Below are positions 12,534 through 26,900 of a DNA stretch of 64,000 nt, piece by piece (position 1 is the stretch's first letter; the number at the start of each line of letters is the position of its first letter). Below the pieces are notes generated by a model. That model was not told the DNA's origin and made no database searches. It was given only the letters and a program-made list of their open reading frames with translations. Origin of the DNA: Owenia fusiformis. Its lineage: Eukaryota. Position numbers and translations under genes: made by a program. The stretch spans positions 27,714,001 to 27,778,000 of the forward strand of contig CAIIXF020000001.1 in assembly GCA_903813345.2 (NCBI GenBank). The letters are read 5' to 3'.

Positions 12534-13433
12534 AAATAGTACTGTGGGTACTCGGCTCACATGGGAAGGTTTCAATATTAAAAATATAGTTACTTGTACA
12601 ATTTCAAGCAAATTGATGGAAGACTTGCAGGTTATGAACAAAAATAGAGCTGAAAACCTGATTTTTCCGTAAAAAAAGTTGGGCCATTGAGGTACATGTA
12701 GCTTTATGCATGATTGTTCACAATAAAAGTAGTGGCCATTTTGAATCTCTGTTACATATTTTGTTGAAACTTGTACACATTATTGATGACCTATAAATTA
12801 CGATACCTGTTTAATTCCATGCAAATTGATGAAATATTTGTGGTGTTATGACAAAGAGCTGAAAACCTAATTTTAGCTATAAATAATAATAATTTATGCA
12901 AATTATTTTGCTGAAACGTGTAGACATTATTGATAACTTATAAAAAAAATTAAGATAGCTGTACAATTTCAAGCAAACTGATATAATAATACTGAAGATC
13001 AAGATAAGTAAAAGAAAATACCATCTTGGACATTGCTAATAGAATACTTATGGAGTTATATCAAATAGAGCTGAAAACGGCCATATTGAATTTATGCAAC
13101 TTATTTTGCCCAAACTGGTAGACATTATTGATAACCTCTAAATTAAGATACTTGTACAATTTCAAGCAAATTGGTAGAACACTTGCCGAGGTGTTTGTTG
13201 AACAAAAAAGAGCGTAAAACCTGATTTTTCCGTAATAAAAATGGCCGCCACTTTGAAACTAGGCAAACTCTTGAGATGCCACTTATGAGACAATTGACAA
13301 CATTACATAGAAACATTTTAAAAGTGGAACCATCTGGATTGTCGTGGCAGATTTCGAATTCGCTACCAATATGTTGACAGACAGACAAACAGATGTCATA
13401 AGTGGGCGATAACAATAGCTCACCATTTGAGCT
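12534..13433 (+). mobile_element. HINE-like element, family B, copy 1
   Basis: Begins AAATAGTACTGTGGGTACTCGGCTCACATGG and ends (ACAG)n...AGCTCACCATTTGAGCT; internal ~200-bp tandem units; same termini as 42691-44305 in inverted orientation. Confidence 0.7.
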
Positions 13434-14496
13434 AAAAAAACTAGTTTGTTCAAAATCAATCAAAATACAGTTGCACAACATTAAGAACTGACGTTATTAG
13501 AAAGTAGCATGTTTTATATGGGGATTATATGTACTTTACTTGTTTACATGGACGTAAATCATTACATGAAATCAGCAGTCTTCCGGGTTTTATCTGGGTT
13601 TGTATTGTCTTATTGGGGCTTCTCGACTTTAAAACAAACCTAACCTAAATGAATTTGTGTCTCGGGAACATTTTTGTAAAGGATATCACATATTTTTGTC
13701 TTGCCGATTTCAGTCATGAATTACATCAATTTCGCATGCAAACATTGGGTAGACGTAGTCATTACCGGATGCCCAAACGTGTCAGGAATCAGGAACACAT
13801 AGATACTCGAATGATGTTGATTGGACATCAGGGGGAGCAACTTGATTAACATACCAGGCCTGTAGCCAGGGAGGAGCTTGACTGGCCAAGAATTCTCAAA
13901 ATCATGCAATTTTTCACCATTTTGAGCATTTTCAAGTGATTTGGGCCAAAATTTGAACCACGCCTGGAAATTTTTAAAAACTGAACTGCCCTGGCAAATG
14001 CTAGCTGGGGGCCTGCTTACTAAATTCAAAACAAAACTAACAGTTACTTGGAATTAACAAAATCCTGACCCAAATAATTATTTCACCTTCAAAATTTAGG
14101 CACACAACATTTACTCTTACCCATGCACAAAATGTTTTATTGCTAATGGCCAAGCACAAATCAAATGGTCTTCTCCTTATTAATGTAAAATCCATAGCTA
14201 GTTATCACCGTATAAGACACTATAAACGCTGGGCTTGATGATTAATGCATACATAAGAATTATGAACTGAGAGGTTTTAAATACAGGGCTTATCTTGAGG
14301 AAGATACACATATTTCTTGAGGGACAGATCAGTAACTACCAGATCCTACTTAGGTTCTAGGTTGATAGCACACTCTACACTATTTTTGCTAAAGTGGAAG
14401 AACTGGAAACAGATATTTCTGTATTATCCTAGTCCTTAAATACATATTTCGACATGTTAACTTCCTAGAACCTCAGCATTAATGAAGTACATATAT

Positions 14497-14711
14497 GAGC
14501 CTGGCCATAGGAAAACCAATCTTATCACAAAAATTAAAATTGTGCTACAGAGCCAAATTAAAATCCAACTTTTTGGTCTATATATGCAAGGAAAAATCGT
14601 TAAGACATAAGTCATGTCTAATTTGAAAGGTCTTTTTGTGCTTTTTAAGATAAACAAAAATCAAAATATTGAAAAATCTTTGATAAGACCCCTTTTCCTG
14701 TGGCCTGGCTC
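14497..14711. mobile_element. MITE with GAG termini flanked by ATAT (Sola-like)
   Basis: GAGCCTGGCCATAGGAAAA ... TTTTCCTGTGGCCTGGCTC with ATATAT on both sides. Confidence 0.65.
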
Positions 14712-14851
14712 ATATATCAACAGAGTGCATCACATAGCCATACACTACACTCAATCGATGCTCTAATAAGCCCCTTCCTCTCAAAAAGGTTAGACGAAGG
14801 GGTGGAGTGAAGGGGCGGATGACTGAAATTAATTCACAAAATCAAGTTTAC

Positions 14852-14968
14852 CTCTTTCGATTGGTTATTCTGTACTGCAACTGTGGAACTGAAGGCCCGT
14901 ACACTTATAAACTGGTTATCCGTGAAATCTAACTGATGTAAAACTTTTTGGTCTTTGCTTTGGCTTAA
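14852..14968 (-). CDS. USP24: USP24 exon 21 (last exon traced)
   Basis: LSQSKDQKVLHQLDFTDNQFISVRAF...NQSKE; open donor GAG|GTAAAC, no stop codon. Confidence 0.85.
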
Positions 14969-17900
14969 CTGAAAACATAAATATTACGATTGAGAAATTA
15001 TCTTTTAAACCTATGAAATGCTTAGAAATGTCAAGAGTAAATAAGTTAGACTTTATGGATATCATTTGGTTTTCCAATGAATGACATTTCACAGTTGCCA
15101 GTGACATCTTTTAAACCAGTCAATATTTCAAATATAACGATAGCTGGAATCTTGATTCATATTTCAAGATGAAGTTAATACGAGGTTTTAACATGCAAAA
15201 TGTCACCACCTGCCATTTGTTACAGATGCAGACCGCGAACCACAAAAAGTTGGAGATTATACCAATATTACCTTAACAAACAAATGAGAGACCATGTCAA
15301 TATTCTGGTGTTGTCACATTTGTTACTTACCATTTTCTCATTAGCTAGTATCTGTATTTGTTCTGGAGCATATCCCATGGTGGTGGCTATCTTCTGACGC
15401 ACTGAGCCTAGCCTCTCATTAGTGTGAGCCTACAAGTGTGGACAACGATCATAATGATCTTAGCATTTATCTTTTTGTCAAATTTGTTACATAAATCTAC
15501 ACTTAATATTTTCTGTATTTCAAAGAAAATATGCAGTAAACAAGTTTTAGTTTCTGTGCCTTGAATGGTCTAGGAAGTATCCATTTGAGATCAACCTGGA
15601 AAATAAAAGCATCTACTTACGACTTGTGAGAAATCTGTCTTGGGTGATTCACATGAAATGTAGAGTGTGATTGGTTGACCCTGAAATGATGTACCATGTG
15701 GAAGAATCGTACGCTGGGTAGTGTGGGTGTCCTCTACTGTCATGATGTATCGCTCAGCAATCAACAAAAGACGCTCTATGTTCAACAGCTTGGCAGACCT
15801 GTGAGGATCATAATGTAACATGGCATTATTAATTTCAAATACACATACATGGGAAAAACTTAAATCCACTCTAATCTATGATTACAATTTAGTCAATACA
15901 ATTCCCCGACACATCATTAATGTTAAAGGCAGAATCAGTTCTATAGGGGTGTCAAAATTACAAGCAACACGTACAGTTGACCTACCAATATATTCCTTAC
16001 AATCTCAAATAATATATTCAGGATTCAAAGTGCAAAAATGGAAAAAATGTCAAAATTCTCCGAAATAAAGTATACATGTACACTGGGGATATTTAGGGAA
16101 TAGACATGACAAAGTATAATATAATATGAGCCAAAAATATTCTAAAATTGAAGTTATCGTTGTCATTTCTACCACTTCTACTACATCTGATACAGCCTTT
16201 AAAAATCCTGAGGTATCATATCCAGAGTTCTATTAATAGACACATTGTATGTTCAAATAGCTCACTCAGCTAAAATTACCAATGTTTGAATTTAAATAGA
16301 AACTCAGTCAGGTTTGATGAGTTCAATATTCTGTTAAGGCAAGTGGTCTTACTTGGATGGAGAGGGTACACTAGCAACCTCAGGTACAGTGGGAGCAGTA
16401 ATGATCCTGGTTGCAAAAGCAATAGTCTGAGCAATAGCTGTCCCACCCATTGTAATCATGGCAGCCTCTAGGCGTGAATAACACTCTTTGGTAAACTTCT
16501 TATGCAGACCTACTGGATCCTGAAAAATTAAGGTATTAGCTTGAAATCTTTATTACAACATTGAAGAATTTTGAATTCAAAATAATTTGCATGTTTCTGA
16601 AGACCTATTCAACGCTATGTTTTGTTGAATAAAGCAATTTTTGCTTGGCATAGTGAAATGTAATGATAATATGAAGATAACTGTAGTTTTCTTTTATGCA
16701 ACAGTCAATTATGTCATACGGGTAGTTAAGTGTAAAATGTCTTGCAATATTTACATGATTGTTATTCCATACACAATAAATCTAGTTCTTTCCAATCTTT
16801 CTGAAGTTCCCCCACTATTTCTTCATCTAGGTTCAAAATTCTATATGTCCAGACCTTACAAAAATACTCTAAACTGTCAAAATATCTCAACTTTCATGGT
16901 TATCCAAATCTCAAAAAGGCAATTGGGGGGTCAAATTCTTTAAAATCATGCAGTATCTTTCAAGTGATTTTGGGCCAAAATTGTCAAATGTGAACCCCCC
17001 AGAATTTTTTGAAGTGAACCACCTTGACTCAAGACTTACTTTTTTCAGTTTAGCGTTGAGTTCAGTATAGGACATTTTAAGTAGGAGTTTGATTGCCATC
17101 CAAGCTATCTCAGTATCTGATGTGTTTAGGCAAACCTCCCACAGGTAATCGATCCCTTTCAAATCCATCTTTTCAACTATCTAAAAAGCAAGAAGGGCAA
17201 CATATAACAAGGCATTAATACAAAATATCATCACCTGCCATTTGTAAGATGCCGAACACCAACCACTGGCTCAAAAAAATCAGAAACCATAACACCACGT
17301 GGGGGTGACATAATAAATTAAACATTCACTCAATTTGGGGTTGCTTAAATATATAAAATACTGGGGTATGACCATCAAGATATAAAATATTGTGAATGTA
17401 GATTAGGCCACTATTTGTAAGTTTCAGTTGTCTCTTTGAATGGTATATACATTAATACAATATAATGAAGATTTTTATTGGAATCACATTACACACACAC
17501 ACAATAGAGATGGGCACCTACCATTGTACTTCCAGACTTCCGCAATTTCTGGTCATACAAGTTGACTTGTTCAAAGAAATTCTTGAAGCAGTAAAACCCT
17601 GAAATTGAATATGTGTATATATATTAGGCCATAAGGAGTAGATTCTTTGTTTTGTGTCCCCTTGCTAAGGCTTGCTTGCACGATTTTCAGTAAATCAGAA
17701 AAAACAAACACATCCAAATAGCAATCACAAGGGTCTGAAAGTACCATCGCATTTCGTTCAATCAGAATCAGACGAAATGGTGGATAATTTGATGTGTGTC
17801 AAAATTGACAGTGTTATTGATTACTTTGACATACATTGTGTTCTTCCTTATTTTTTATTCTTGAATAATAGCTCTACGTTTAAATATATTGTATAAAATG

Positions 17901-20900
17901 TATAGATATGTGTTTGTAGATCTAATCACTACAAATTGGTATGTCATCCCTTTTTATGCCATTGAAATGTATACATTTCTCAGCAAACAAGTTTTTGTAT
18001 TTTCTTGAGCTTGTGATTGTTTTCTTTGTACCATTGCATGATTCGGATTTTGTCAGGATGCAAAACAAAGAATCTACTTTTTATGGCCTTAGTAAAATTA
18101 CCACTTAAAAACTACCTTGTTTTCGGTCATGAGCACAAATCTTTTGAACTTTGGACTACATAATGGGCTTTTGTTACTCTAGACTCTGCCACTAACAAAA
18201 TGCAATCTTTTACTATTTCTTGATGTGTGAATATTCAGACAATATGAAGCACTATACAATTTTACAGTTAAATTAATTACCTTTCACACTAATTTTTGTA
18301 GGATCAAGCCTTAAGATTTCCTTCTCGAAGAGGTTAGCCTGTGTGTCTGCCTCCAGATCAGATATTCCTCTTGTGAACCATTCAAAGCAAGTCTGAAAAT
18401 CAAGAATACTTTGTTTAGACTATTATTATTGCTGTATAGGGGATGTTAAAACACATGTTGCTGAATAGGTAATGTTAAAAGCATGGTGCTAGGTAATGTG
18501 TGCTGTATAGGTGATGTTAAAAGCATGGTGCTAGGTAATGTATGCTGTATAGGTGATGTTAAAAGCATGGTGCTAGGTAATGTGTGCTGTATAGGTGATG
18601 TTAAAAGCATGGTGGTAGGTAATGTGTGCTGTATAGGTGATGTTAAAAGCATGGTGCTAGGTAATGTGTGCTGTGTAGGTGATGTTAAAAGCATGGTGCT
18701 AGGTAATGTGTGCTGTATAGGTGATGTTAAAAGCATGGTGGTAGGTAATGTGTGCTGCTGTATAGGTAATGTTAAAAGCATGGTGCTAGGTAATGTGTGC
18801 TGTATAGGTAATGTTAAAAGCATGGTGCTAGGTAATGTGTGCTGTATAGGTGATGTTAAAAGCATGGTGATGTATAGGTAATGTTAAAAGCATGGTGCTA
18901 GGTAATGTATGCTGTATAGGTGATGTTAAAAGCATGGTGCTGTATAGGTAATGTTAAAAGCATGGTGCTAGGTAATGTGTGGTGTATAGGTGATGTTAAA
19001 AGCATGGTGTTAGGTAATGTGTGCTGTATAGGTGATGTTAAAAGCATTGTGCTGTATAGGTAATGTTAAAAGCATGGTGCTGTATAGGTAATGTTAAAAG
19101 CATGGTGCTGTATAGGTAATGTTAAAAGCATGGTGCATTGGTGATGTAGGTGTGTGTAGGTAATAATAAAAAAAAATGGTGCTGTATGTACAGAGTACAA
19201 TGAAGTTTACAGGATACAATACAAATGCAATGTAATGAGTTTAGAAGTTAAGCTTGTCTGATGGAGTAATGTTATAATACAAATTTAATCAACGTAATGT
19301 ATCCTATCAATAAACCTAAACCCTTAATATACTTCCCATTTATCACCTTACCAACAAATGTATGATTGGCCAGGTCATTATTTTAAATATTGTCCCAAAA
19401 AGTAAGAATCATTAGCAATTCAGATTGAACCTTTCCCTCCAAAAACAGAACCAAATGATTTTTTAATGATACAATAAAATTACTAAACTTAACCTTCTCC
19501 CCTCCCCAAGTGATTGTGTTATTGAGTTTGCGGGATACATCAATATATTGACTTTGACGCTAAGTTAAAGCAAGTGGAAGTATTTATTTCGCTTAGAATG
19601 TCTTTCTTTTCCTGTAAAACAATCACTGATTAGATACTTTACTTCCCACCTGTGTAGCATCACATAATCATATCAAATACCAATTATTCTGTACACTCTT
19701 CAGCAAATGGTACCCTACAAGATCTAAATAGAAATTGCTTTTTTCTGCTGCATTGTGCCTTTTTCTGCCAGGATTGATTTATTTTTCTAAACACCTGTTT
19801 TGTCTGAACACTTCTCAATGTGAAACTTATATGAACACCTATTTATCACAAAAGAACACCTGATAATGAACAGTTTAAACTATTTAATATGAACACTCTT
19901 TTCCTTCTAAGACAAGGAGAAACATCTGAGATGCATCTCAATAGTTTGATTTGTTCCCTGGCAGAGCATCTCACCCTCCAAGTGGAACAAATTGAAAGAT
20001 ATGATACACACATGCCATCTTCAATAACTTTAACTTCTCCGACAACCTAGAGGTAAACAAACCAACAGGTAAACCCAATAATGGGTCCAGACATTTTAGT
20101 CATGGCTGTGATGGCATATATGCAATGTTTATGTGAGAGAGTCAGTTGGTTTATAGCTCAAGTGATAGAGCATCTGACATGTAATCGGGAGGTTGTGGGT
20201 TCGATTCCCATCGAGGTGGAGTGATCACATGAGCCCTTAGCAGAGGATTGGATCCTATGTTTCAGAATAACCATTAACCAATTTACTTAAAATTGAAAAT
20301 TTTTAGATTTCATTTTAAAAATGTAAATAACTATCAATCTTTACAAACCCAGATTTTTTTAAAATACGAATTATTTAGTATCCAATTTACCAGGTAACAT
20401 TAACACATACCTGCTATATTGCGTGCATTCAATATTAGAAACACTAATATTATTAATAGAACTTATGATACAACTGCACTCTGACATTTTAGGTCTACTT
20501 GACGATCAAAATCAGACAGGTACAGTATTCATTTATTTATCATGAAAAGGGTGGTACACCAATACAGGGTGCTCTTCCAAAATTATACATAAAATACAAA
20601 GGTATTAAAGGGATTTCCCAAATATTGCCTGACTTATTTCATTATATTATCATTAGACTTATTTATTGTTACTAGTCCAGTCACACCCACCTGGAGCAAG
20701 GTAGAATCAATGATATCTCGGACATGATGAACATTACAAATGGGACATAAGGAATAAAGAACCCTGTATCATTCTTCATATCATGATCAGAGCAATATCG
20801 GGTATATAATAGTAATATATTTGGGACAGGGATGATATCATGTTTGATATCAGGATTACAGGAATGATATCAGGGATGATATCGATATCATCCTGGGAAA

Positions 20901-23900
20901 ATTCAAAGATTTTATATTTTTTCAAAAAAATCATTTTTCAAAAAAATTTCATTTTTCAAAATAAGTTTTATGTTTTTCATTTTCCTTAAATTCCCAATGC
21001 ATGTTAGGGCGGCATAATATGTAACCCTAATATTTCTAAGAGTCAAACATTTTTTCTCTCATTCACAGAGGACCTTAGGTAGATATTGCTCTTGACCATG
21101 GTATAAGGTCATTATTCACCTGTTGGGGTGATATGAGGAATATCCCTAGGATGATATCGATATTTCATCCTTGTGATATTCCCCATATCAAATCCCTCCT
21201 GGTGAATAACTTCTTTTCATTGGATATTTGTGCATATACTACCCATACACATAATGCACGGAAGAGGACCCGGGGTTCATAATCAGGATGAATTAGTACA
21301 CGCATGAATGCTTTTAATCCAATAAAGAATGATAAATGAAATTCGAATATACTATCACTCCTTTATAAAAAAATTGATATTGTAATTATGGCACTGGTCA
21401 ATTCATTATGGAACCATAATGCAAATTTGAATTTGGTTTAAAGGCCATTTGCTTCTTTGATTTCCAAGATGGTATACAGAGATGTTGGAAAAGCTAAAAC
21501 ACCATGAATCAAGATGGGCCAATTGAAGTAATGGTGGGAAATATTTTGATTAATAGCTACTAATTGATTACTTTGATATGGCATTTGGACAAATTTTGGT
21601 ATGGGTGAATTTTTGTATTTGTTGATGTATGGATTTCTACTTCTAGTCGGGACTTACACATTATTATCATCCGTGTAAAACAGATAAAGTTTATAAATAA
21701 TTATCTTTCCAATGATTGATTGATTTTTGCGATTTCTGAATTTCTTACTGTTGGTGTACAATCAGATTTCTTGGAACATTTCATTTTCTGTCATCAATAG
21801 TTGCTACATAACACTCATGTCTGGCCAGAAAAAATTATAGAATAAAATATTAAAGCCTTACATGTAGGGAGTTCCAGATATGACAAAGATTAATTTTAGG
21901 CGGTTTTACCCATAGCAAAAAGTTTCATAAACACCTACTGTATTAATGTAAGGCAATCAATATACGATATTATATTTTTGCCCAAACATACATATAATGA
22001 AAAGCTATCACATAAATAGTCTAAGAGTGTCGTTACATAAAACATTGACATTGTATAAAGCCATGATAATCGGTCTTGTGGTCATTAAGTAATAATTATA
22101 TATTCACATTTCATCAAAATCCTCTATCAAGCAAATAGAAAATCCCAGGAGATGAATTCGTAATAGCCAATCGGAATGTGTTAAACTACTCCCAGGGTTA
22201 TTCCTATTAGACAGGATCTCAGCGCACGAAGGAAACAGTCTTTTAATACTTTCCTGCGTAGAGACAAGGATGACAAGCACTTAATATTATCTTGGAAAGA
22301 CATCTTAGAATTAAGGTAAAGATTAATTGTGCTTGCATTAAAGAAATAGTTACAGAAAGTTTGTATTTATCTGGTTAAGCAGGTATTTATCATAATAACT
22401 ATATAATAATCAATTTGATCTGTTCTCAAATGACATAGATCAAAAAGAAACTGCCATTCTTTAATACGTAAAATTTTTTTTTGTCCTAAAAATAATAAAA
22501 TAATCATAATATATATTTTATAAAACATAATAATATTTTTGTTTTTAGAGATGTTATCATTGATATACATGTACTTACAAAAGTAAGTCATGGAAATCTC
22601 TAAAATTGCTATATCTTATTTTCACTAAATGGCAGTGTCTAAATACTTTTATTATTGTTAGAGCTGTTATTACCCCTCATAACTAAGATTACCTCTAACA
22701 AAAGAGGAATTAAAGATTGATTATGCTTAATGCTCATCTTGTACAGGGTGACACAAAAATGCGACTCTCTTCTAAAGGACGATTCTCGGTTTGGAGAACA
22801 GTCTCCTGGGCTACTAATATTTTTCATGAAAAATATAGAAATATTACCCAAATTAAACTATGAATATTCAAAAGAGGACATTTAAATCTACAAGATGTAA
22901 AAATAACAAATTGGTCTGAAGCAGGGATATTATGCTCAATTAGACCAATTCAATAAAATACAAGTCTCGATTTGGGGAAAGAAGTTCATCAGTGTACTGC
23001 GCTAATATTTTTTTGCGAAAAATCTAAAAATATTACCCAAATTAAATTATGACTATTCAAAAGAAGACATTCAAACCTATATTATGTAAAAAAAATCAAA
23101 TTTGTCCAAAGCGGGGATAATGCTCATTTAGATTGATGAACTTCGTTCTCCAAACCGAGAATCGTCCTTTGGAATAACTTTGAAAATATTACATCAGATT
23201 GTGAGTAGATATAAGTTCAGAAATCAGTTTTTGTCTATTTTCCAAATAAGAGGGTTAATCTATTACATAATTTCCAATCTTACACCATAACAGTGAGTAG
23301 CTAGCTAGAATATATCATTCAGAGAAGCAGCTAGTGTATGCAGGAGTCACAATTACAATCAGGAAGATGTTATTTTTAGCTTAGACTTTCAAAATTTCCA
23401 GAATTCAATGTATTAAACCAAGCCTATTTATATGATAGAGATATTCAAGAGTTAGGATTCAGAAGTTGGTCTAGCAAGGTCTATGATATACTCAGAAGAT
23501 GTGATTTGTTATTAAGATTATTGGAATGACCAAAATATGAATACTGACAATCTAGTGAGCATGGTAGAAAAAAAGTTGAAGGTATTATTTGGAAAAAAAT
23601 GGAAAAATGATTTGAACATTTTTTGCACTTTTGGTTTAGTTAGTATTTGTAGTCATATTTAGTTCCTCATTGTTCTAACTAGTGTAATCATGTTATGATA
23701 CAATATGTCAATTAAAAAGTTATATATATTATATGAATATAAGTGCTTCCTTTGGCAGACCATTTAGTTTTAATCTGTTTTATCGTAAAAACACCTGATG
23801 TCCATGCAGCAAGGACCCTACTAAGGATCATGATAGAAATATAGATAGATAAATGACAGCAAACAACGTAATAATAAGAGCGGCTTCACATAAACTGTAA

Positions 23901-26900
23901 ATTGCTAAATGCATGATCATTGTAGATCATAGTATAGTATATACTATGTGACACAGCATGTTTTTTGTTTTAAATGCGTTTTTTAAAATTTCGAATCACC
24001 ATAAAAATGCATGTGAACCAGAAGGGCATAAATTCTAGATTTTAATGAGAAATATACCATAGTTCTCACTGAAATAAAAAGGTAAAATGTAAATATGTCT
24101 CATAGTCATTTTATTCATCAATCATTTGCTGAGTCTTTTGGACAATGTAAATAGATACTTGATTATGAAAAATTATATAATTTCAGTACTTATTTTAAAA
24201 TATTCAACATACTCCCCCACAACAATTTATAACTAAAATAGAAAAATACAAAACTTAATTCATTATAGAATAGATCTATCTATATTTAGGAAATGAATTG
24301 ATTTATTTGTGTTTTGCAAAATGTAATTTTTCTCTAAACTAAGTATAAACCTGTACGTATTTTCGGTACATGTAGCTATGCCAAAGTAATTGACAAACAG
24401 TAGACTAAAGGTAACGACACAAATTCCAAAATCAGAAAATTGCATTTCTGAACACTTTTAGATGATTTCACACATGAGAGCATGGTTTGATAAAAAACAT
24501 GGTAGCTCTAAACCTCTAAAATTAGAGGGTTCCATTTTTGTGTCACCCTGTAGAACATTACCCATAAAAGGTTTGGATTTACATGTATGTCTATTTTAAC
24601 AATTAATGCATGACTTCTGACTTCAGGTTCTTACAATTCAATATAAATGAAGTTAAGTTTTAATATTTTTAGGTTGAAATGTTGTGAAGTAAAGGCTGTT
24701 GGACTACAGTAGGATGGAAACAGAAACCCATTATGAACTGAAGAAATAATAACTATTCAACAAAAAAACACCAATATCTTACAAAAGGGATTTAATGACA
24801 ATTGAATGGAAAAAAATACAGAAGATATAACAGTAAGATAATTTCATAGAACATTCAGCAAAAATCAAGACAGTTAAAATAATTAAAAAAATACAGACAA
24901 ACATTGACATTTTCAGCAATCCTTGAAACAATCATCAAACAGATAGTCAAGATGACCGACTTAGCCACAAAGATCAAATATATCTCTCTGATATTCACAC
25001 CGACAGTCTTCCTTCTAGGCTTGTTAGGTAACACGATGAGCTTTATTGTTATGATACGTAAGAAAAATCGTTCACAGAACACATGCTTCAGCCTTGCCAT
25101 CATCGCACTTGTTGACAACGCCCAAATGATCACGCTCATCTGTAACTGGATCCACGGGGTCCTCAACTCGAAGGATGACAACAGCTGTAAGCTTATCATC
25201 TACTTTGTGGACTTGTTCATGGAGACATCAATTTATTTCATAATCATTATGACGATAGATAGAGTCATGACTGTATGTTTCCCTTTGAAACAATATGGGA
25301 ACTCTACAAAAAAGTTAGGTGTTGTTTTCGGGGCTGTGTTTCTCTTTCTGGTCTTAAGAAACATACCATTCTATATATTTGGCTTCAGTACAATGGATCA
25401 ATCCACAGGTACTACTATATGTGTGGTGTATGACCAAGCCCTATCAACTCCACTTGTCAAAGTTTTGCCTTGGTTCGACATCTGTTTTCAAACTCTTGTA
25501 CCATTTGTCATTCTTGTGATATGTAATGGTATTATAATTCACAAGTTGCGACTCAGGGCAAAGCAGGTTGCAAATTTAGGGGTCAATGAGGTCACTCAAA
25601 ATTTGGTAGTTTCTCAAAATTCAGTTACGGTAATGTTACTTTTTGTTTCATTTGCAGTTCTGATTCTGACCCTCCCGTTTAATATTCTCGTTCTCTTTGG
25701 ACCACTGGTAGAATCAGGCAAAATAGATCCGGAAACATTCAGTGTAACATTTTGGATAATGTTTAACCTTTATTACGCAAACAATGCCGTCAACTTTTAT
25801 CTATGTTTGATGGGTGGTAGAGGTTTCCGAAAGGATGTGCGAATGCTGTTATGTCGTAAACAAAATGCTGTCACTGTCGTTCAAAGCATCAACACTGGTA
25901 TACTCGTAACAAATGGGCTGTGATTCAATTCACTTTGAAGCATTGATCAACCTCATTGGTTATAATTACCCAAATCTTTGAACTCACTGAGCCAATTGGG
26001 GGATCCCTAAAAAAACTACCACTCTCATTGGTTAAAGGCAAAAGTTTACTGGTCCAAATCATAGGGTAGACTAGGTAGGACTCAACAGTTAAAAATAATC
26101 TAGGGTAGCACTCAAAATTGGTTAAACTGATTGTAATCATAGGGTAGTGCTCAAAATTGTTTAAACTGGTTCTAATCACAAGGTAGTGCTCAACAGCACA
26201 TTGCTTAAACTGGTTCTAATCATATGGTAGTGCTCAAAATTGTTTAAACTGGTTCTAATCACAAGGTAGTGCTCAACAGCACATTGCTTAAACTGGTTCT
26301 AATCATATGGTAGTGCTCAAAATTGTTTCAACCTGTTCTAATCATAGGGTAGTGCTCAACATTGATTAAAAGCAAAAGTTCATTGGTCTAAATCAAAGGC
26401 CGAGGCTACTGCAAAACATGATGATCTCAGATTATATTAATTTGAACATAAAACCCAACAGCCAAAGGCAACTATAGAAAAACTTGATACCCTTCTCCTG
26501 GCATTATAACTTGAATGTCAACTTCTGAAACATGCAGTTTAATTAAAACGGTAACAAAGACTGGGATGAGTTAAAAGTAGCTTTCTAAAAAATGATTCTG
26601 ATATTTTTTGTTTATTTGGCAATTATTTGGAAAAAATCAGATTTCCTTATTCAATTCTGATAAATAAGGACAAATCTGCATCTTAAATACTGATTAGGCC
26701 TAACTTATTTGCTTAGATAGCTAATTATATTTCAGATGATCAATTGCATTTGGATATTTTTTGAAAAGATGTAAAAATGTATAAATTCTGTATTGTGATG
26801 GTTTAATGACCTAACTCTCTTGGACTTTATTTTCCATTAATGAGATATATCATATTTTCACAAGTATCATATGTCCATTCATGGTTAATTAAGAAAGGTG

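Noticed and set aside
18446-18881. Repetitive ORFs on both strands (MLLTSPIQHTLPST / MVLGNVCCIGDVKS)n
   Set aside because: By-product of a 42-bp (multiple of 3) minisatellite; frames break where 28-bp units appear; no splice or start context
20147-20219. Functional tRNA-Thr gene
   Set aside because: Acceptor stem unpaired, U33 absent, D-loop GG altered, no T-run terminator; recorded as a tRNA-derived relic
26060-26370. CRISPR-like repeat-spacer pattern
   Set aside because: The intervening sequences are themselves repeated, the context is eukaryotic, and there are no cas genes
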